This document shows positions 27,238 to 35,758 of a DNA stretch of 64,000 nt, in pieces. The stretch covers positions 1-64,000 of the forward strand of contig JBBRPR010000038.1 of assembly GCA_038227875.1 (NCBI GenBank). Reading direction: 5' to 3'. The stretch comes from Planctomycetota bacterium. Its GTDB lineage: Bacteria; Planctomycetota; SZUA-567; H5-PLA8. Each line of letters starts with the position of its first letter. Positions within the stretch are counted from its first letter, which is position 1. Position numbers and translations under genes: made by a program. Below the pieces are notes generated by a model, which saw nothing but the letters and a program-made list of their open reading frames with translations, was not told the DNA's origin and did no database searches.

Positions 27238-28419
27238 TTATTTTCGCTTCAGCACAAACCGAGCGTTGGCGTTCAGCACGTTCCGGCTGACTTTGTAGAG
27301 CACCTTCGGCTGATCGATGTACACCTGGTTGCTCAGCGTCAGACTGATCGGCAGCGACGCCATCGCGCCGGCCTTGGGCGTGGCCACGTTGGTCAGGCCG
27401 CTGGCCGCGAGCGCCGCCGCAAAGTCGCCGCGGAGGAAGAAGTTGATCTTCACCGGCCCGCCGAAGAACTGTTTCCGGATCAGTTTGCGGACGAGCGAGA
27501 AGCGATTGGTGCCGGACTTGCCACGTCCGTTCTTATCCATCGTGAATGTCGCCGTCACATTCCCCACAGCGACCTGCACCGTTTGTTTCAGCGGATTGAA
27601 TCCCGCCGGCAGCGTCACCAGGCCGAAGACCTGAATTCGGTCGCGGCCCTTGATCTTGAAGTTTAAATTGATGCTCGCGCGCGTGACCGTCCACGGCAGC
27701 ACCGTCGGCGGAATCACTGCCGCGCCCTGCGAAACCTTGACCAGCATCGGCACCAGCAACACGCCTCCGAAGCCATCGGTGACCGTGATCGTTGCCAGGT
27801 ACGAATTGGCCGTGGGATAGTTATGCTGAACCGTCGCCCCGCTGCCAAACGTCCCATCGCCAAAATCCCACGAATAGTTCAGCGTCGCCCCGACCGGGCT
27901 CGTCGCCAGACACGTGAAGTTGACCATGTCCGCCGTCGTCGGCGCCGCCGGAGAAAAACTCGGATTGATCGTAAACACCGGCGGAATATCGCCGTAGTTG
28001 AAGGCCAGGCCGGAGCCCTTAGGTATCGGCACGTTACCGGGTGTGCGGAACACGTTGTCGAAGAGAGCCACCCGCTTGGCGCCGAAACTGTTCAGCGAAC
28101 CATCGTAAAGTATATTGAGCGTGCGAGCGTCGGCCCAGACCAATTGACGCGCGGTCAGGCCGGCAGGCAGCAGGACCTGCTTAATGTCGATCTGCGTGAT
28201 ATTCATGTCTTCGCTAAAGACGAATTGAATCTGAGGTGTGGCGCTGGTGATTGTCGAACCGTCCGTCGGAAGTGTTGAGATAATGACCGGCGCGTTTCCG
28301 GTTCGGTTCGCGACCGTCGCGCTGATACCGACTCCCAGACCTGAATTCTTGCTTGCTGCCGCAAATACAGACGAAGCTGTTAGAGTTGCCAGCAGGCAAA
28401 GAATCCAAGATCTAAACAT
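27238..28419 (-). CDS. Secreted Ig-like plus PKD protein with an N-terminal pilin-type strand and a basic C-terminal domain (putative pilus base/anchor)
   Basis: Signal peptide; SKNSGLGVGISATVANR; Big_5-like APVIISTLP...FSEDM; PKD motif YSWDFGDG; C-terminal domain shared with 11238-16154 and 54040-56442. Confidence 0.85.
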   Translation of the reverse strand: MFRSWILCLLATLTASSVFAAASKNSGLGVGISATVANRTGNAPVIISTLPTDGSTITSATPQIQFVFSEDMNITQIDIKQVLLPAGLTARQLVWADARTLNILYDGSLNSFGAKRVALFDNVFRTPGNVPIPKGSGLAFNYGDIPPVFTINPSFSPAAPTTADMVNFTCLATSPVGATLNYSWDFGDGTFGSGATVQHNYPTANSYLATITVTDGFGGVLLVPMLVKVSQGAAVIPPTVLPWTVTRASINLNFKIKGRDRIQVFGLVTLPAGFNPLKQTVQVAVGNVTATFTMDKNGRGKSGTNRFSLVRKLIRKQFFGGPVKINFFLRGDFAAALAASGLTNVATPKAGAMASLPISLTLSNQVYIDQPKVLYKVSRNVLNANARFVLKRK

Positions 28420-28465
28420 AACCAGGCCTTTTTCACAGTTGCATCATCAAGAAGTAGCGCACTTT

Positions 28466-29404
28466 TCACGGCTTTTTGGCCGGCGCAATGTCCGCGAGTG
28501 GTTGCAGCGCGATAATCGATCGCGCCCGCAGAAAATCAGTTACTTTGCCTTTCTCATCGGCGACAAAAACCAGCTCTTCATAGTTCTTGCCGCGCACTGC
28601 TGAGGAGGGCACGTTCACTTTCAACGATAGAGCTTTGGATTCACCCGCTTTCAAGGTGAAGGGCTTGTCCATTTCGATCCATTCGTCTTTTAGCACCGGT
28701 GTGCAACCTTTGCCGTAATAGCGTTCGTGGTGTCCGACTTCCTTTTCCACCTCGCCGATCCGCTTCAACGAGTATGTGTGTTCCTCTTTCGAATTATTCG
28801 TGAATTTGGTCAGCACCGTCCAGAACGTTCCTGGTTGCGTCTCCGGCATTTCCAGTATGGAAGGAATTACCGTCGTTTCGCCAAGCGCTTCTTTCGACAT
28901 CGGTTCGGCGAGCGTTTCCAATTGAACTCGTGATGCAACTTGCAAGCCAACAACGCCCGTCGCATTGGCTTTACCAGGGCTGCAGCAGACCACAACCATC
29001 CATTTTTGATTGTACAATTCTGGTTTGTCGGGAACTTTAACGAACAAGTTCACTTTGCCTTCGGATTTGGCCGGGACTTCCAACTCTTCTTTATCCAGCG
29101 AGCACCAAGCAGCATCAGGAATGTCACGGTATCCCAGTTCCCAAGAACCTAGAACGCCAGAAACCTTCCTCACAGCGATGTTGAAAACCTGCGCCTTGTC
29201 CGTACCGTTGTAGACAATGAATGAGCCTGTACCCGCGAAGACATCGACCTTGTCGGCTCCGGGGCGAATGTTCTCGACCAGAACCATTCCTGGCCCGATG
29301 CCAAATCCGGTTCCACCTTCAGCACCCCACGCTGGCGAGGTCGTAACTAGAACTGCCAGCACGATTACGAAAGAGCGAAATAAGGAAGAAGATGGAATGT
29401 GCAT
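28466..29404 (-). CDS. Secreted two-Ig-domain protein, DUF916-like or fimbrial chaperone-like
   Basis: Signal peptide; two internally similar domains with VxNxT...W...LxVPAxSxxxVxLxVKVP patterns recalling PapD/EcpB-like chaperones and DUF916. The ORF is solid; the functional call is inference. Confidence 0.65.
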   Translation of the reverse strand: MHIPSSSLFRSFVIVLAVLVTTSPAWGAEGGTGFGIGPGMVLVENIRPGADKVDVFAGTGSFIVYNGTDKAQVFNIAVRKVSGVLGSWELGYRDIPDAAWCSLDKEELEVPAKSEGKVNLFVKVPDKPELYNQKWMVVVCCSPGKANATGVVGLQVASRVQLETLAEPMSKEALGETTVIPSILEMPETQPGTFWTVLTKFTNNSKEEHTYSLKRIGEVEKEVGHHERYYGKGCTPVLKDEWIEMDKPFTLKAGESKALSLKVNVPSSAVRGKNYEELVFVADEKGKVTDFLRARSIIALQPLADIAPAKKP

Positions 29405-29486
29405 GCGTGTGCCCCTCAGAAAAGAGGACTTCCTCTCAAAAATTTAATTTGGCAAATTCCGGCAAAAACGTCCATGCGAGTATCCC

Positions 29487-30341
29487 TCAGTTAGCCGTTG
29501 CCGTCAATGTAACGTTGTACTGATTCAGCACTCCCGCGTTTCCGGCCGTCACTGTGGTGGGGTTGTCCACTTCCAACACCAAGGGCATGTCGGTGGCAGT
29601 GGTCAAGTTCACGGTCAGATTCTGAGCGGTAAACAGAGAGGTGGGCGCGACACCGTTCATTCCGCCTTTGATGGCCACGACGTTTGGACCGGCCGCGGCG
29701 GCGAGATTGAAAGGCCCTGCAGTCTTCACAGCAATAGCGCTGATGGTGCAGGCACTGCCTGTGGCCGAGACATTCGAAACGTTGATCGTTTTGTTGTTTT
29801 GCGCATCGTCGCTGCGGTAGATCGTGGCGAGGTCTGTCTGACTAGCCGCCAATAGCGTGCTGTCCTTGACGGTCCACGCATAGTTGGAAACCCGATTGGC
29901 GGGCTGGGTATGATCCACGGACCCATCGTCCGGCGTAGTGCCGTTACCCCACTGAATCTGGGCGCGCTTGGAAACGGTGGTGCTAACGACGACAACCAAC
30001 TGGTTGTTGCGGGAGACATACGTGTAGAAATTAGCGGCGGATACCGTGCCATTGACCGTAACCGTCACGGCGCCGGCCGATCCCGCGGGGGTCAAGGCGA
30101 CATCCAGCGTGTTGTTGGCCACATTCACTGCGGTCACGGTTGCCGAGGTGGCGCCAAAGAGAACGGTATTGCTGGCAGGTGTTGCATTGATCGCAATACC
30201 GGAGGTGAAAATTCGCACGAGCTGGCCGCCTGTGGCGGGTCCGCTGTTAGGGGAGATCGAGTTGACGGTAGCTGCGAAGGTGTTGCCGAGCGAAGCGAGG
30301 AGAAGAAGCAGCGCAAGTTTGAACGTTCGGGTCATCGTCAT
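29487..30341 (-). CDS. IPT/TIG domain plus pilin-like domain secreted protein (paralog 4)
   Basis: Signal peptide; ISPNSGPATGGQLVRI IPT start; conserved RAQIQWG...NYAWTVKD...VTLTATAN C-terminal domain. Confidence 0.88.
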   Translation of the reverse strand: MTMTRTFKLALLLLLASLGNTFAATVNSISPNSGPATGGQLVRIFTSGIAINATPASNTVLFGATSATVTAVNVANNTLDVALTPAGSAGAVTVTVNGTVSAANFYTYVSRNNQLVVVVSTTVSKRAQIQWGNGTTPDDGSVDHTQPANRVSNYAWTVKDSTLLAASQTDLATIYRSDDAQNNKTINVSNVSATGSACTISAIAVKTAGPFNLAAAAGPNVVAIKGGMNGVAPTSLFTAQNLTVNLTTATDMPLVLEVDNPTTVTAGNAGVLNQYNVTLTATAN

Positions 30342-30371
30342 TGAGTCCGCGTTTCAGGAAGTGTTGTCCCA

Positions 30372-30409
30372 AACAAACAAAGGTGGCGCCGTGCAATTCC
30401 CGGCGCCAC
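30372..30409 (-). terminator. Terminator-like hairpin inside the operon
   Basis: GTGGCGCCG/CGGCGCCAC 9-bp stem, followed on the minus strand by CTTTGTTTGTTT, just after the stop of 30423-31295. Confidence 0.55.
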
Positions 30410-30422
30410 ACTCGATCGATTC

Positions 30423-31295
30423 TTAGTTCGCCGTCGCTGTCATCGTCACGTTGTAGGTATTCAGCACGCCGGCGTTACCAGAAGTGACCGTGGTCGGCGT
30501 GTCGAATTCCAGAACCAGCGGCTGATCGGTCGTGGTGAGCAAACTTCCCGTCAATGTCTGAGCGGTGAACAGCGAAGTGAGTGCACCAGCGCCCATTGCT
30601 CCTTTGATCGCGACAACGTCGGGACCGGCGGTGGCCGCGAGATTGAAGTTACCGGCCGTCTTGGTGGCAATCGCACTGATCGTGCAGGCATTTCCAGTCG
30701 ACGAAACATTGGAGACGTTGATCGTCTTGTTGTTTTGCGCATCGTCGCTGCGGTAGATCGTGCCTAGATCGGTCTGGAGCGAAGCCAGCAGCGTGCTGTC
30801 TTTCACCGTCCAGGCGTAATTGGAGATGCGGTTGGCAGCCAGTGTATGGTCGACAGCACCGTCGTCAACCGTTGTGCCAGTACCCCACTGGATCTGTGCG
30901 CGCTTGGCCACTGTATCGCTGACCACCACGACGAGCGTGTTGTTGCGAGAAACGAACGTATACAACGTATTTGCCACATTGGTGCCATTTGCGTTGGTGA
31001 CCGTGACGCTCAGGTTCGCGCCCGCTACGGCTGCCAACGTCGTAAAGTCGCAGGTAGTGGTGGTCGCTGCACTGGCGGGAATGCCACCGGCGGGGAGACC
31101 GTTGATTTTGACCAGGTTGTTCGCCGCGGTGGTATCGAAATTGGTGCCGTAAATTCGAATGAGCTGCCCGCCGGCAATTGGACCGCTATTCGGCGAAACA
31201 GCCGTGACGGTGGGGACGGCAGCGAGAGCCTGGCTGGACATGCCAACGGCGGCCACGACGGCTACAGCTAGAATGAGTGAGTTCAACTTTTTCAT
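30423..31295 (-). CDS. IPT/TIG domain plus pilin-like domain secreted protein (paralog 3)
   Basis: Signal peptide; PTVTAVSPNSGPIAGG IPT start; same C-terminal domain, ending VTMTATAN; GGAG RBS. Confidence 0.9.
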   Translation of the reverse strand: MKKLNSLILAVAVVAAVGMSSQALAAVPTVTAVSPNSGPIAGGQLIRIYGTNFDTTAANNLVKINGLPAGGIPASAATTTTCDFTTLAAVAGANLSVTVTNANGTNVANTLYTFVSRNNTLVVVVSDTVAKRAQIQWGTGTTVDDGAVDHTLAANRISNYAWTVKDSTLLASLQTDLGTIYRSDDAQNNKTINVSNVSSTGNACTISAIATKTAGNFNLAATAGPDVVAIKGAMGAGALTSLFTAQTLTGSLLTTTDQPLVLEFDTPTTVTSGNAGVLNTYNVTMTATAN

Positions 31296-31339
31296 GTCCG
31301 CTTCTCCAAGGTGTCTACTATTTCAAGTCTTGAAAGAAC

Positions 31340-31368
31340 CGCCCGCAGTCGTTACACGACTGCGGGCG
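31340..31368. other. Perfect 13-bp intergenic stem-loop
   Basis: CGCCCGCAGTCGT-TAC-ACGACTGCGGGCG between paralogs 2 and 3. Confidence 0.65.
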
Positions 31369-31384
31369 TTGGCACCGGTCTAGG

Positions 31385-32263
31385 TTAGTTGCCCGTGGCA
31401 GTCAAGGTCACGGTGACGACGGCGGTCTGGCCCTGATTTCCATTTGTAATGGTGGTCGGGGAATCAAATTCCAGGACGAGAGGCTGGTCTGAACCAACCG
31501 TTAGATTGTTCGTCAATGTTTTTGCAGTAAACAGGTTCTTCATTGCAGTGTTGTTCATTTCGCCGCTGACTGAAATGACGTCAGGAGCAGCCGCAGCAGC
31601 CAACGTGTAAGGTGCGCCACCCGTCGCAATTGCACTGATGGTGCAGCTCGAACCGGCAATCGAAGAGACGTTCGAAACGTTGATCGTCTTGCCATTGTTG
31701 AAATCGTCGCTGCGGTAGTTGGTTGCCAAGTCGATCTGTTGCTTGCCAGCGATTACGCCAATCGAGTTGTCTTTTACCGTCCAAGCGTAGTTGGTGATGT
31801 AATCGGCAGCCACCGTGTGATCGACGGAGGCATCGTCCACCGTCGTTCCTGTGCCCCACTGGATCTGCGCACGATTGGCCACTGTCGCGCTGATCTGCAC
31901 AACCAGCTTGTTGTTACGAGAAACAAATTTGTAATTGACTGCGCCGCCACTCTGAGTGCTGGCGCCTGAAGAATTGGTATTTACAACAACCAAGCCTGAA
32001 CCAGTCGTGGTCGTTGCCAGGGTTGTGCAGGTAAGCTGCGTCGCGGTTGCAGCCGTGACCGTGACAGCCACGCCGTTCAATGTCACGACGTTATTGGCTG
32101 CCGTCGTGTCGAATCCCGAGCCATAGATACGAACAAACTGACCGCCACCGGACGGGCCGCTGGTAGGCGAAATCGCGGTCACATCGGATACTGCTGCGAA
32201 CGCGCTACCGGATACCACCATCGCCGCCAAAACCATCACCACCTTCAGTAAGTTCGTCTTCAT
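31385..32263 (-). CDS. IPT/TIG domain plus pilin-like domain secreted protein (paralog 2)
   Basis: Start moved to ATG 32263 (AAGGAG RBS, signal peptide MKTNLLK...SAFA); SRNNKLVVQISATVANRAQIQW; ends VTVTLTATGN. Confidence 0.9.
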   Translation of the reverse strand: MKTNLLKVVMVLAAMVVSGSAFAAVSDVTAISPTSGPSGGGQFVRIYGSGFDTTAANNVVTLNGVAVTVTAATATQLTCTTLATTTTGSGLVVVNTNSSGASTQSGGAVNYKFVSRNNKLVVQISATVANRAQIQWGTGTTVDDASVDHTVAADYITNYAWTVKDNSIGVIAGKQQIDLATNYRSDDFNNGKTINVSNVSSIAGSSCTISAIATGGAPYTLAAAAAPDVISVSGEMNNTAMKNLFTAKTLTNNLTVGSDQPLVLEFDSPTTITNGNQGQTAVVTVTLTATGN

Positions 32264-32386
32264 CCCCGCGTCTCCTTTGCAAAAGCTCCTAGGTTGTAAA
32301 GTTTTCACAGTATCCGAGTGCCGGTGGTTCCAATTCTGTTTCAAGTTTGACTTCCCTCCCCCACGCCGTGCGCGGTGCCCGTTTGG

Positions 32387-33229
32387 TTAGTTCGCTGTAG
32401 ACACCAGCGTCACTGTTGAAGTCTGTGCCACTCCTGCCGCCGCCGCCGTAATGCTCGTTGGCGTCGCCATCTCCAGTACCAGCGCTTGGTCCGTACCCTT
32501 GACCAGTGCGTTGGTCAGCACTGTTGGCGCGGCGCTCAGTGCCACCGGAGCCGCGCCGCCCAGGGACGCGCGCAGACGAAAGGTGTTTGCTCCTGCGGCG
32601 GCGCCAATGGTCCAGGACGCGGTGTTGGTGGCGATGGCATTGATCGTATTCGTGGCGTTGGTGGGCGAGATATTCGAGAGGTTGATGACCTTGTTATTCA
32701 ACGCATCGTTGCTTTGGTAGACCGTGTTTACGTCCGCGTTCACGCCCAGCGAACTGTCTTTTACAATCCACATATAGTTGGTGATGCGGTTGGCACCGAC
32801 AGTGTGGTCGACACCCGCGTCGTCGACGCTTGTACCGTTGCCCCACTGGATGTCGGAGCGCTTCGGGATCGTCAGCACCACGGACACCTGAACATTAACG
32901 TTTCCGTTCGTGTATGTGTAGCCATTCGCCAGCGTCGAGGTTCCGATTCCCGCTCCGTTGGTCACCGAGATCGTGACGTTGCCGACGGTGTGAGCGGGAA
33001 CTACAGCGCTGATTGTAGCGTCGTCGATCACTGTAAAAGTCGCAGGCGAGATGCCGAAGGTGACGCCAGTTGCCGCACCATTGTTAAAGTTTGAACCAGA
33101 GATCGTCACCGTCGTGCCGCCATTGATCGTGCCCGAATTCGGAACCACGCCAGAGATCGTCGGCACAGCGGCCCCGAATGCAGCGCGGGTCATGAACGCG
33201 AAGATGAAGATCAAGGTGCCGGTTTTCAC
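32387..33229 (-). CDS. IPT/TIG domain plus pilin-like domain secreted protein (paralog 1)
   Basis: GTG 33229 after AAGGA; canonical IPT domain PTISGVVPNSG..GGTTVTISGSNF...VTFG; C-terminal domain ends TVTLVSTAN. Confidence 0.9.
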   Translation of the reverse strand: MKTGTLIFIFAFMTRAAFGAAVPTISGVVPNSGTINGGTTVTISGSNFNNGAATGVTFGISPATFTVIDDATISAVVPAHTVGNVTISVTNGAGIGTSTLANGYTYTNGNVNVQVSVVLTIPKRSDIQWGNGTSVDDAGVDHTVGANRITNYMWIVKDSSLGVNADVNTVYQSNDALNNKVINLSNISPTNATNTINAIATNTASWTIGAAAGANTFRLRASLGGAAPVALSAAPTVLTNALVKGTDQALVLEMATPTSITAAAAGVAQTSTVTLVSTAN

Positions 33230-33861
33230 GTGTGACTTTTCCTTCTCGATTGCACTGGTGCTGAGCTCGCGATGCAAATTGAATCAATTTGCGACTCAAC
33301 TGTTTTGTTCTTCGGACGACGTCTGTATTGCAAACGAGACACCATGTGCGGATTCCACTACACTTTGCTCGTTTCAAATCGGCAGGCCCTTCAGCATCAA
33401 GCGGTTAACTTTTAAATTTCGATTTTCTGCAAAATTTGCAGTTCAAAATTTGGCATGAGTTTTGACTCAATTTGCCACTCCGCAAATTTTGATGTGACTC
33501 ATTACGCGCCGGAAATTATCGGCTGTTGTCTGGCGCAACGGTTCTTGGAAGTTGTGATTCTGGAAGGAATTGCTGTCCGATTCGTTAACAATTTTTGGCG
33601 GCGCAAATATGCACGCGTTCGTCGCTCACGTTTAGAAACGTGTGCATCGACAACGCGAATATAACAATACTAAAAGGTAGGTTGTCGTCGTGTGCCAATT
33701 GGCACTTGGCATCTTTTTGTCATTGGTTCGAAGTCGATCCCGCGCCTTCGCCTCAAAGTGCGGCAACATGCGCGCGGCCACCATCGCGCGGTGATTTTCC
33801 TTAAGGCGCCGGCGTCGCAGCTAGACCGAGATCACGAACTCGACCATGGTGGACAAGGAGG

Positions 33862-35619
33862 TCACTGCTCGCTGAACGCCGCGCGCACTTTCGCTTCGAT
33901 CTCCGGCGACTTCTCGAAGTAGTGCTTCGCCAGATCCGGCTTGCCGGCGAGCAGGCAGAAGAACGCAGCCGTCGCGCGATCGGGCGAGTCGTCTTGTGCG
34001 ACGCCGGCAGCGAGCGTCATCAGGTCGCTGGGGGCGAGTTGCTCCCACGCGTAATCCATTTCGCCGCCTTCGTTGAATTTCAACTTCATCTTGCCGTCGG
34101 CATCGCAGGTCTGAACTTGTCCGCCGGCGTGGAGCGCGGCGATCTCCAGTTTCGGATGTCCGCCATCGCTGATCGATTTCACGACCGCGTCTTTCAGTTT
34201 CGCTTTGAAGTTGTCGAGCGCCGTGGTGTCGCTGAGCTTCAGCGCTTTTGGTTTTGCTGCGACGGCGGTGCCCGTCGAAGTAGACGTCGACGTCGAGCTC
34301 GTCGTCGCCGCATCGTCTCCCTTCGCGCCATCGCCCAATTTTTTCAACGCGGGAATTTTTGACGCGGCAACCGCTTTGCCCAGGATCGGGCAGGGCTGCT
34401 TGTAGTACTCGCCCACGCGCAGGCGGATGTACCCGCCGTCATCGTCGGCGTACTGCGCGGTGTTGCCGAGCGTCCCTGGAATCGCGTCGGGATTGGTGAT
34501 GCCGTCCTTCTTCGCGTCCCACGCGCAGGTACTCTCGCCCTGCCCGCCCTGAAAAAGCCAGCCGCAGTATCCGGCTTGAACGTAGCGCGCGATCGTGTTG
34601 TTCTTTGGGTAGTCCTCGAGCAGCAGTTGCGCGAGATTGTCGCATTCGTGGCCGGGCGTGTTGTTGCAGGTTTTGAAGTAGGTGTTGCCCATTGCGACCT
34701 GCCAGACGACGACGTAAAGTCCGGACGCTTCGTGAAATTCGGAGATCCACTTGATGTGGTTTTCGAGATTGCCGGTGACGCCAATCTTGTTCGCGTACGG
34801 CGGTTTCTCATTCGCCGCGCCTTTGTCACGGTCGGATGTTTCGAATGTCGCCAGCTCGTACTTGTCGGCGCAGAGCGCTTTAAACAGCGCGCCCAGTTTT
34901 TTGCCGCTCATCGAATTCTGCCAATCCCAGCCCGACGGATTGCACGCCAGCAAAACGTTATTCGGCGAATAGAGATCGCGCAGTTTCGCGAACGCCGCCG
35001 CCCAGCCGAATTCGTTATCGGGAAGGCCTTTCAGTTCGTCCATGCCGCAGCTGCCGACTTTCACGTCGACCTTATTCGGATCCATGCCGCCGCTGAGCAG
35101 CAAGTGGCACCACTCATCGGGCTCGATCTGAATGACCACGACAGTGTCGGGATGCTTCGCGCAAATCTGCAGCAGCCGTTTGAAGTTCGTGAAGTACGCC
35201 TTCATCGTCGTCGCGATTTTGGCGTTGGCGGGCGTCGCCTGTGCGGGGCCTGGCTTGTAATGAGCAGGGGCCGACTGGGCCAGCGCGTACCACGTGTACC
35301 AGACCACGCAGCCGATGCTGGGGCCTTCCTTGAGCATGTTGTCGGCGGCGCCGTACTTGATCCACCACGGATCTTCCGGATCGCCCGCGCCGCCAGAAAT
35401 GTAGGCGTCGCGGATATCCCAGCGCGCGCCGTTTTTCTCGATGGTCTCCTTCATCCAATCAATCGGTGCGGGAATGCCCCACATGAAATGGTCGAGCAGC
35501 CGGTCGTGCAGAATTTTCTGACGCCGCGCCTTCGCCCCGTCTTCCTCGCTCGCGCGTAGCGAGAAAGTCAGCATCGCGGCCGTGGCCATCGCAAAAAGTA
35601 CAAGACGCAGAATCCGCAC
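33862..35619 (-). CDS. Secreted glycoside hydrolase-like TIM-barrel protein with a Ser/Thr linker and helical C-terminal domain
   Basis: GTG 35619 after GAGG gives a signal peptide; IQIEPDEW and VVVWQV motifs resemble clan GH-A/GH26-like barrels; family not assigned. Confidence 0.65.
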   Translation of the reverse strand: MRILRLVLFAMATAAMLTFSLRASEEDGAKARRQKILHDRLLDHFMWGIPAPIDWMKETIEKNGARWDIRDAYISGGAGDPEDPWWIKYGAADNMLKEGPSIGCVVWYTWYALAQSAPAHYKPGPAQATPANAKIATTMKAYFTNFKRLLQICAKHPDTVVVIQIEPDEWCHLLLSGGMDPNKVDVKVGSCGMDELKGLPDNEFGWAAAFAKLRDLYSPNNVLLACNPSGWDWQNSMSGKKLGALFKALCADKYELATFETSDRDKGAANEKPPYANKIGVTGNLENHIKWISEFHEASGLYVVVWQVAMGNTYFKTCNNTPGHECDNLAQLLLEDYPKNNTIARYVQAGYCGWLFQGGQGESTCAWDAKKDGITNPDAIPGTLGNTAQYADDDGGYIRLRVGEYYKQPCPILGKAVAASKIPALKKLGDGAKGDDAATTSSTSTSTSTGTAVAAKPKALKLSDTTALDNFKAKLKDAVVKSISDGGHPKLEIAALHAGGQVQTCDADGKMKLKFNEGGEMDYAWEQLAPSDLMTLAAGVAQDDSPDRATAAFFCLLAGKPDLAKHYFEKSPEIEAKVRAAFSEQ

Positions 35620-35758
35620 GGCGTACCTCTTAAAGGTGAACTCACTAGTGCTGACGAAACGCCGCGCAGAAACTTGGGTCGATTTACATAGGGGCGTTGG
35701 CTTCTTGCATGTGTTATTTGACGTGTCATAGTTACTACGCCATCGGGGAGAAAACCGC

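Noticed and set aside
33230..33860. c-di-GMP riboswitch upstream of the fibre operon
   Set aside because: I looked for one because of the nearby GGDEF gene but could not identify the GEMM consensus by eye; an Rfam scan would be needed.
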